The notes under the pieces: generated by a model
Told to the model about the DNA's origin: nothing
What the model saw: only the letters and a program-made list of their open reading frames with translations
The model's database searches: none
Made by a program: the position numbers and the translations under genes
Assembly: GCA_965140445.1 (NCBI GenBank)
Contig: OZ223236.1
Span: 1,024,001 to 1,088,000 of the forward strand
Origin: Candidatus Ozemobacteraceae bacterium
GTDB lineage: Bacteria > Muiribacteriota > Ozemobacteria > Ozemobacterales > Ozemobacteraceae
Direction of reading: 5' to 3'
DNA length: 64,000 nucleotides
Shown here: one piece after another, positions 57,050-64,000 of the stretch
Layout: each line of letters opens with the position of its first letter
Position numbering within the stretch: the stretch's first letter is position 1

Positions 57050-59311
57050 ATGTCTTTAAGTATTAATCAAAACGTGTTGTCGGTAAACACCTATGGCACA
57101 ATTGCAAAAAACAGTTCAAGATTGGAAAAGTCTATTCAAAAGCTAAGCTCTGGGTTGCGTATTAATAGCGCAGCTGATGATGCAGCTGGTCTTGCTATCA
57201 GCGAAAAGATGAGGCGACAGGTGCGTGGCTTAAACAGGGCTGTTCTAAATGCCCAGGACGGCATTTCGATGGTGCAGACCGCAGAGGGGGCGTTGAATGA
57301 AACTCATAGTATTCTGCAAAGAATGCGCGAGCTTGCAAGCCAATCGGCAAACGATACCTTAACCAGTAATGACCGGCTTGAGATTCAGAAGGAAGTGAAC
57401 CAACTTCGCGATGAAATAAATCGTATTTCAACAAGCACTGAATTTAATACCAAACGCCTTCTTGATGGGAGCCAGACAGCACTAATTAGCGCAAGCTCTG
57501 ATTCCGTGGAGGGTGTTGTTGCAGGATCAATTTCAGGTATAGGTACAGATTATGATGTCAGCATTGCTTTGCTTGCCGGCGGAGTTAGTCAGATGCACCG
57601 TTCTCAGATATTTACTCTCAATGATGGTTCTGGCAAGCTGGCTGATGGTGGCACTCAATTGCAAAGCATCGCGCAGTTTTATGATGCGAATGGCGTGTTT
57701 GTTCTGGATACTCCCCAATCGTTAAATCTTCATGGGAATGGGGATGACTCTCAGGTTATTCTTGATGGCCAGATGACATTAGACAATCTGGCAGCAGACT
57801 TGCAGAATGCCTTGGTGAGTAAGTCTGGGCTAGCAATTGATAGCTCAAGAAGTGCAGTAATTAACACAGTTCAATCAAAAGTTGCTGGGGTTGGTGGTTA
57901 TCTTGAACTGGTTTCTGGGTTTGTAGGCGATCTAGGTGAATTTTCTTTTGCTTCGGACCAGAAGGTAATGGATGCTCTTGGATTTTCAGTTCAGAGAGAG
58001 GCCGTGAATAGTCAGGTTGAAGTCATGGCCAAAGATGGATTTGGAAACACCAGAACAGTTAGAACTGATGGTTCAACAGCCAAAGGTCTTCTGAATGGAA
58101 TTGATGTGAATTTCACTTCTCAGTCGGCACAAATTGCTGGCACTAAAGGTCTGGAGCTTGGTTTAAAAGTATCAACTGCGCAGACTTTTTCCATCTCCGC
58201 AGGGGGAGGAACCGTTGACGTAACTATTGTCACCGGCGGCTGGACTATGGGTGGAATTGCGACTTCCATTAATAGACAGATTGAAGCTGAAATTAACAAT
58301 GGTGAAACGCTGCAGGGCCTTTCAGCCAGTGTTGTTGATGGGGAGATAAGAATTGCCTATGAAAAGCCAGCGTCTGCAGCTGTAACAATTGGAAGCAGCT
58401 TGAAATTGGTAAACGCAACAGGCAATGCTGACCTGCTTGGTTTTGTTGATGGTGAATTTAGTGGTTTTGTTGATGCTAAAAAAGATCAAACCTACGCCAG
58501 ATGGGGATTTAGTAGTAATGTTTCTACGGCTTCCTATGGGCTTACTGACGGAGACGCTGTAACAATTGATGTTTCAGATGGTCAGCAAAATTTCACTATT
58601 ACAATCATGACTGCTCATGGAATAACTAGTGGATCAACCGCAGATATGGTTCTATTTACTGATTTCCAGGCCAGTGTAAATGACTTGTTAGATACCAATA
58701 ATGTTGAAGTTCGGCTGGATCAGGTTGGCGGAGCAATGGCCTTTACAGCTCTAAGAGTTGGTAAAGAAAACATGGACAATGCTGCAAATATAACCAGCAT
58801 GGTAACTCTGAATAACTTTGCAGCTAATTCCAGTTCAATGCTTCAAGAAGAGTTCGGATTATCTGCGGGAACCTCCAAAGGAAGTGGTGATACAAACTTT
58901 AAAATGCATGTTGTGGATCGCCAGGCCCAGTTCCAGATCGGAGCCGATCAGGGGCAAACGATGAAAATCAATATTGCCAATATGGGAGCTAAGGCTCTTG
59001 GAGTAGACAATCTGGATCTAACCAATGTTGATGGCGCAAACGCAGCTATGAGCAAACTTAATACCGCCATTGACAGGGTTTCGTCTGAGAGATCAAAGCT
59101 TGGTTCCTACAATAACCGTCTCGAATACTCAATAAACAATCTACGCAATACCTATAGCAATCTGACAGCATCTGAATCCAGAATTCGTGATGCTGATATT
59201 GCCATAGAAATGATTGAATTTACCAGGAATCAGATTGTTCAACAATCGGGTACAGCAATGCTGGCTCAAGCCAATATGGTCCCACAAGGAGTATTGCAGC
59301 TTCTTAAGTAA
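57050..59311 (+). CDS. fliC: Flagellin, array copy 8 (start MSLSINQ at 57050)
   Basis: Conserved termini; start reassigned using the SD. Confidence 0.97.
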   Translation: MSLSINQNVLSVNTYGTIAKNSSRLEKSIQKLSSGLRINSAADDAAGLAISEKMRRQVRGLNRAVLNAQDGISMVQTAEGALNETHSILQRMRELASQSANDTLTSNDRLEIQKEVNQLRDEINRISTSTEFNTKRLLDGSQTALISASSDSVEGVVAGSISGIGTDYDVSIALLAGGVSQMHRSQIFTLNDGSGKLADGGTQLQSIAQFYDANGVFVLDTPQSLNLHGNGDDSQVILDGQMTLDNLAADLQNALVSKSGLAIDSSRSAVINTVQSKVAGVGGYLELVSGFVGDLGEFSFASDQKVMDALGFSVQREAVNSQVEVMAKDGFGNTRTVRTDGSTAKGLLNGIDVNFTSQSAQIAGTKGLELGLKVSTAQTFSISAGGGTVDVTIVTGGWTMGGIATSINRQIEAEINNGETLQGLSASVVDGEIRIAYEKPASAAVTIGSSLKLVNATGNADLLGFVDGEFSGFVDAKKDQTYARWGFSSNVSTASYGLTDGDAVTIDVSDGQQNFTITIMTAHGITSGSTADMVLFTDFQASVNDLLDTNNVEVRLDQVGGAMAFTALRVGKENMDNAANITSMVTLNNFAANSSSMLQEEFGLSAGTSKGSGDTNFKMHVVDRQAQFQIGADQGQTMKINIANMGAKALGVDNLDLTNVDGANAAMSKLNTAIDRVSSERSKLGSYNNRLEYSINNLRNTYSNLTASESRIRDADIAIEMIEFTRNQIVQQSGTAMLAQANMVPQGVLQLLK

Positions 59312-59450
59312 ATTAAATTAGTGGATCAGATAAGATCCTTTTGGTAGTTAACCTGATTTCCGGCGCCATTTGGCGCCAGGGATCCGGGTAGTTTTGAATT
59401 TACATTCAGGGGGGTGATACCAGCGTTTTTTGGGGTTCTTAAAAATTTAG

Positions 59451-59496
59451 TACCCAGGGATGGGTAAAAAAAAATGTATTGATTCATGGAGGAATC
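59451..59496 (+). promoter_or_regulatory. Two-site CsrA-type leader
   Basis: TACCC-AGGGAT-GGGTA and GATTC-ATGGAG-GAATC. Confidence 0.85.
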
Positions 59497-59500
59497 GAAT

Positions 59501-61768
59501 ATGTCTCTAACTATTAATCAGAATGTGCTGTCAGTAAATACCTACAGCACTATCGCAAAAAACAGTTCCAGGCTTGAGAAATCAATTCAAAAGCTAAGTT
59601 CTGGATTGCGAATCAATTCAGCTGCAGATGATGCCGCTGGACTGGCGATAAGTGAAAAGATGCGTCGTCAGGTCAGAGGATTGAATCGGGCAACTTTGAA
59701 TGCGCAAGATGGAATTTCAATGATTCAGACTGCTGAGGGGGCTCTAAACGAGTCTCATAGCATTCTTCAGAGGATGAGAGAGCTCGCCAGCCAATCGGCA
59801 AATGATACTCTTACAAGCAACGATCGACTGGAAATACAGAAGGAAGTTGTTCAGTTAAGAGATGAACTGAATCGTATCGCATCAGGTACCGAATTCAATA
59901 CAAAGCGGCTACTTGATGGCAGTCAAACCGCGCTTGTTAGTGCCAGCTCTGATTCCGTATCTGGAATCGTTAATGGTGCAATCTCAGGTGGAAGCGGAGA
60001 TTACGATGTAAGCATAGCTCTTTTAACCGGCGGAATTAGCCAGATGCACAGAAGTCAGATATTCAATTTGAATGATGGCTCTGGAAAGCTTGCAGATGGC
60101 AGCACGCAGTTACAGAGTATTGCTCAATTCTATGATTCTAATGGAGTGTTTGTGTTGGACACTCCGCAAACGCTAACGGTAAATGGGAACACTTCGTCTG
60201 CAGAGATCGTCATGGATGGGCAAATGACCCTCGACAACCTCGCTGCTGATTTGCAAAATGCTTTGGTTAGTAATTCCGGTCTATCAATTGACAGCTCTAA
60301 AAGTGCTGTCGTTAATACCGTACAAACCAAAATCGCAGGAGTTGGTGGCTATCTGGAGCTTGTTTCAGGATTTGTGGGTGAGCAGGGTGAATTTTCATTT
60401 GCATCAGATCAAAAGGTTATGGATGCTTTGGGATTATCCGTTCAGCGTGAAGCCGTAAACAGCAGAGTTGAAGTTACCACCAAGGATGGATTTGGTAGCT
60501 CAAGGACGGTTAGAACTGAAGGCGCAACTGCGGTTGGATTATTGGATGGCATTGATGTTGGTTTTACTTCACAATCTGCTCAGATTGCTGGAACTCAAGG
60601 GCTTGAGCTGGGACTGAATATCACTGCTAACCAATCATTTTCAATTTCAGTTGCAAACACTTCCCTGAATATCACTGTTGCAAGAACTGCTGGTTTGGGA
60701 TGGACAATGGAAGGCATTGCCAGATCAATTAACCAGCAAATTCAGACCGCAATCACTGGTGGTAATGGAAGACTTAAAGGTGCTTCTGCCAGCATAGTTG
60801 ACGGTGAATTGAGAATGTCTTATGAAAAGCCAGCATCCGCAACGGCTACAATAGGAAATACAATTGTACTGGCTAATGCTTCTGCTACTGCAGCAACTCT
60901 TGGACTTGTTAACGGAACCTATAGTGGTTTTGTTGATGGCAAAAAGAGCCAGGATCACACGGAGTGGGGGTTCAGCAGAAACATTTCAACTGTTACCTAC
61001 GGAATCGCAGATGCAACTTCCATTAATATCGTGGTTTCTGATGGAGTCAAAAATGCCACAATTACAGTTATGAGTTCTTTAAGAACTTCAAATGGAACGG
61101 TTGCAGACATGATCCTGTTTACAACTTTCCAGGCAAATACTAATGCAGCATTAGAGAACCAGTCTGTTCAGATACGTGTTGATCAGGTTGGAGGAGCTAT
61201 GGCTTACACTTCTAAGCTTGTTGGAACCTTGAATCGAAGCAATACTGCTAACTATACAAGCATGGTTTCATTAGCCTTAAATGGGCGTGACACCATGTTT
61301 ATGGACAGGTTCGGTCTTGATGATGGGACTTCCAAGGGAAGTGGGGATACCAACTTTAAGTTGCATATTGTAGACCGCCAGGCTCAGTTCCAGATTGGAG
61401 CTGATCAAGGTCAAACAATGAAGATCAATATTGCTAATATGTCCGCTGCTGCGCTCGGAGTGGATAATCTTGATTTAACCAATGTGTCTGGAGCTAACGA
61501 CGCTATGGGGAAATTGAACAAAGCAATAGACATGGTCTCTTCCGAGCGTTCAAAACTTGGTTCTTATCAGAACCGACTTGAGTATGCAATTAATAATATC
61601 AGGAATACTTACAGTAACCTGACAGCTTCTGAATCTCGAATTCGAGATGCAGATATTGCTATGGAAATGATTGAATTCACCAGGAATCAGATTATTCAAC
61701 AGTCCGGCACTGCCATGCTGGCTCAGTCTAATGCTGTTCCTCAGGGTGTACTTCAATTGTTGAAATAG
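59501..61768 (+). CDS. fliC: Flagellin, array copy 9 (start MSLTINQ at 59501)
   Basis: Conserved termini; start reassigned using the SD. Confidence 0.97.
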   Translation: MSLTINQNVLSVNTYSTIAKNSSRLEKSIQKLSSGLRINSAADDAAGLAISEKMRRQVRGLNRATLNAQDGISMIQTAEGALNESHSILQRMRELASQSANDTLTSNDRLEIQKEVVQLRDELNRIASGTEFNTKRLLDGSQTALVSASSDSVSGIVNGAISGGSGDYDVSIALLTGGISQMHRSQIFNLNDGSGKLADGSTQLQSIAQFYDSNGVFVLDTPQTLTVNGNTSSAEIVMDGQMTLDNLAADLQNALVSNSGLSIDSSKSAVVNTVQTKIAGVGGYLELVSGFVGEQGEFSFASDQKVMDALGLSVQREAVNSRVEVTTKDGFGSSRTVRTEGATAVGLLDGIDVGFTSQSAQIAGTQGLELGLNITANQSFSISVANTSLNITVARTAGLGWTMEGIARSINQQIQTAITGGNGRLKGASASIVDGELRMSYEKPASATATIGNTIVLANASATAATLGLVNGTYSGFVDGKKSQDHTEWGFSRNISTVTYGIADATSINIVVSDGVKNATITVMSSLRTSNGTVADMILFTTFQANTNAALENQSVQIRVDQVGGAMAYTSKLVGTLNRSNTANYTSMVSLALNGRDTMFMDRFGLDDGTSKGSGDTNFKLHIVDRQAQFQIGADQGQTMKINIANMSAAALGVDNLDLTNVSGANDAMGKLNKAIDMVSSERSKLGSYQNRLEYAINNIRNTYSNLTASESRIRDADIAMEMIEFTRNQIIQQSGTAMLAQSNAVPQGVLQLLK

Positions 61769-61853
61769 ATGTAAGAACCCAAAAAATGTCTGGAATCTAA
61801 ATTTAGGAGGTTTAATCAGCGGAAAGGTAAATGGGGTTCTGTACTATTAGAAT

Positions 61854-61900
61854 TACGCAGGGATGCGTAGAAAAAAATCGTTGATTCATGGAGGAATCAA
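61854..61900 (+). promoter_or_regulatory. Two-site CsrA-type leader
   Basis: TACGC-AGGGAT-GCGTA and TTGATTC-ATGGAG-GAATCAA. Confidence 0.85.
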
Positions 61901-61902
61901 AA

Positions 61903-64000
61903 ATGTCTCTAAGGATAAATCAGAATGTTCTATCTCTGAGAACCTACGGGACATTGTCGGCAACATCTAACAAACTGGAAAAATCAATAGGAAAGCTCAG
62001 CACCGGCTTGCGCATTAATAGCGCTTCAGACGATGCGGCTGGCCTGGCGATCAGTGAAAAAATGCGTCGACAAATCCGTGGGCTGTCCCGGGCAACACTG
62101 AATGCCCAGGATGGGATTTCTATGTTACAGACTGCAGAGGGAGCACTGAATGAATCTGCAAGTATTCTGCAGCGAATGCGGGAACTTGCAAGTCAGTCAG
62201 CAAATGACACCCTGACAAGTAACGACAGACTAGAAATTCAGAAAGAAGTGGTTCAGCTTCGGGATGAACTGGATAGAATTTCCAGTAGTACGGAGTTTAA
62301 TACCAAAAGACTTCTGGATGGTAGTCAAACAGCGTTGGTAAGTGCCAGCTCAGATGCAGTCAAAGGGGTTGTGGCAGGCGGAGTAGAGGGAACAGGTGAC
62401 TATCAGGTCAGCATGGCCCTCTTGACTGGCGGTATAAGCCAGATGAGCCGTAGCCAAATCTTTACTCTGAATGATGGTTCTGGCAAGCTTGCAGATGGGA
62501 GCACTCAGCTGCAAAGTATTGCTCAGTTCTATGATTCAAATGGAGTATTTGCACTAAACAATCCGCAAACTCTTACTATTACAGGCAATAGCCGTGAGAC
62601 CTCAGTTACTCTGGATGGTCAGATGACTTTGGATAATCTTGCAGGTGATATACAGAACGCTCTGGTAAGCGATTCTGGCCTGGGAATTGAGAGTTCCAGG
62701 ACTGCTGCTGTAAATACCGTGCAGACAAAGGTTGCTGGAGTTGGTGGTTATCTTGAGTTAACCTCTGGCTTCATCGGCGATCAAGGAAGATTTTCTTTTG
62801 CTTCAGATCAAACGATCGTGGACGCATTAGGGTTTTCTGTACAGCGAGAGGCGGTAAATAGCAGAATCGATATTTCTGCAAAAGATGCCTTTGGCAACAC
62901 AAATGCCGCTAGAATCGAAGGCGGAACAGCTACAAATCTTCTCGATGGAATTGATGTTCAATTTTCTTCTCAATCTGGTCAGATTGCTGGAAGTAAGGGA
63001 ATGGAGCAGGGGCTCAGGTTTACGTCAAACCAAACCTTTATCATCTCGGCAGGTGAAGCTTCTGTTAGAATTACTCTTACTTACAGCGCTACTCATGGCT
63101 TTACGATGGAAGGAATTGCTCGTTCAATTAATGCTCAGATTGATGCTGGTCCTGCAAAGTTAAAAGGTACTAGTGCTAGCGTTGTTGACGGTGAAATTAG
63201 GATTGCTTATAGTAAACCTTCAACCGCAGCTGCTTCAATCGCCAGCACTATCAGCATTGTGAGTGCTGCGACTTCCGCAGCGTCTATTGGCTTCGTAGAT
63301 GGAACCTATAGTGGTTTTGTTGATGGAAAGAAAGATGTCAATGACGTTAAATGGGGGTTCAGTAGATATGCTGCTAGTGGCTCATACGGGTTCGCTGCTG
63401 GAGCGGTCAGCTTTACGCTGACCGATGGAACTAAAAATGCTTCGATTACCATTATGACTACCATTGATACCGGTAGTCAGACAGTGGCAGATATGGTTGT
63501 CTTTACGACCATTCAAGCAAGTGTAAATAGCTTAATGGAGACCAACTCTGTTTCAATTCGTTTGGATCAGGTCGGGAATTCACTGGCATTTACATCTTTG
63601 CGAGTTGGAACGTTGAATCGAAGCAATACAAGTAATCTTTCCAGCGTTGTAACCATAAATAATCTCGCAGCAAGTACAGACACTCTATTGCTTGGTAAGC
63701 TGGGATTATCATCAGGCACATCCAAAGGTAGTGGCGACACTAACTTTAATATGCATGTGATTGATAATCAGGCGCAGTTCCAGGTTGGCGCAGACCAGGG
63801 GCAGACCATGGGAATTAATATTTCCAACATGTCAGCCGCAGCCCTGGGAGTAGACAACTTGGATCTAACCAATGTTAAGGGTGCCAATGAAGCAATGGGG
63901 AAACTGAATAAGGCAATTGATTCTGTTTCGTCCGAAAGGGCGAAGCTTGGAGCTTACCAGAATCGTCTGGAATACTCTATCAATAACCTTAGAAACACAA
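61903..64000 (+). CDS. fliC: Flagellin, array copy 10, truncated by the window edge (absent from the ORF track)
   Basis: [48 protein letters not shown] from 61903; the terminal NRLEYSINNLRNT (from 63961) is in the same frame. Confidence 0.95.
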   Translation, partial: MSLRINQNVLSLRTYGTLSATSNKLEKSIGKLSTGLRINSASDDAAGLAISEKMRRQIRGLSRATLNAQDGISMLQTAEGALNESASILQRMRELASQSANDTLTSNDRLEIQKEVVQLRDELDRISSSTEFNTKRLLDGSQTALVSASSDAVKGVVAGGVEGTGDYQVSMALLTGGISQMSRSQIFTLNDGSGKLADGSTQLQSIAQFYDSNGVFALNNPQTLTITGNSRETSVTLDGQMTLDNLAGDIQNALVSDSGLGIESSRTAAVNTVQTKVAGVGGYLELTSGFIGDQGRFSFASDQTIVDALGFSVQREAVNSRIDISAKDAFGNTNAARIEGGTATNLLDGIDVQFSSQSGQIAGSKGMEQGLRFTSNQTFIISAGEASVRITLTYSATHGFTMEGIARSINAQIDAGPAKLKGTSASVVDGEIRIAYSKPSTAAASIASTISIVSAATSAASIGFVDGTYSGFVDGKKDVNDVKWGFSRYAASGSYGFAAGAVSFTLTDGTKNASITIMTTIDTGSQTVADMVVFTTIQASVNSLMETNSVSIRLDQVGNSLAFTSLRVGTLNRSNTSNLSSVVTINNLAASTDTLLLGKLGLSSGTSKGSGDTNFNMHVIDNQAQFQVGADQGQTMGINISNMSAAALGVDNLDLTNVKGANEAMGKLNKAIDSVSSERAKLGAYQNRLEYSINNLRNT

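Noticed and set aside
46898..59500. N-terminal extensions on flagellins (MIHGGIN, MRWACQLIHGGIN, MEESK, MEESN) in the ORF track
   Set aside because: They are translations of the leader and SD hairpin; the true starts are 46919, 54618, 57050 and 59501.
56967..61885. Conserved leader peptides after the upstream SD-like motifs
   Set aside because: Possible short frames differ in start codon, spacing, length and sequence, and several sites have no start codon.
39204..64000. Silent antigenic-variation cassettes or an invertible flagellin switch
   Set aside because: All complete copies are full length with their own SD and CsrA leader; no recombinase or flanking inverted repeats were seen.
39204..64000. 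Assembly artefact duplicating one flagellin gene
   Set aside because: Copies differ extensively at synonymous sites, in central domains and in spacers.

Overview
AT-rich bacterial chromosomal segment from a diderm (LPS-making), flagellated organism with Firmicutes-like flagellar gene order; my inference from gene style is a lineage such as Ca. Riflebacteria, unverified. From left to right: the end of a prepilin-like operon; a minus-strand pair encoding an atypical DnaB-like ATPase and a TPR-like lipoprotein; an outer-membrane biogenesis operon (bamA-skp-lpxD-OMP-lpxC/fabZ fusion-lpxA); comF-flgM-flgN-flgK-flgL-fliW-csrA-fliC; a probable sigma54-dependent trxA plus CoA-disulfide reductase/rhodanese/TusA/DsrE fusion operon; an uncharacterised surface locus (Ig-domain lipoproteins, a lone secretin with an extra C-terminal beta-sandwich, three related secreted proteins, a 1465-aa IPT/NHL lipoprotein); and a head-to-tail array of at least 10 large flagellin genes, uninterrupted and running off the right edge (11 flagellin genes in the window). 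Each array gene has its own two-hairpin CsrA-type leader with covarying stems. The array also holds an orphan copy of that leader with no flagellin behind it, extra start-less SD sequences, strong intergenic stem-loops and a structured 97-bp tandem repeat. No rRNA, tRNA, CRISPR or mobile element was recognised. All calls were made by eye, without database searches.
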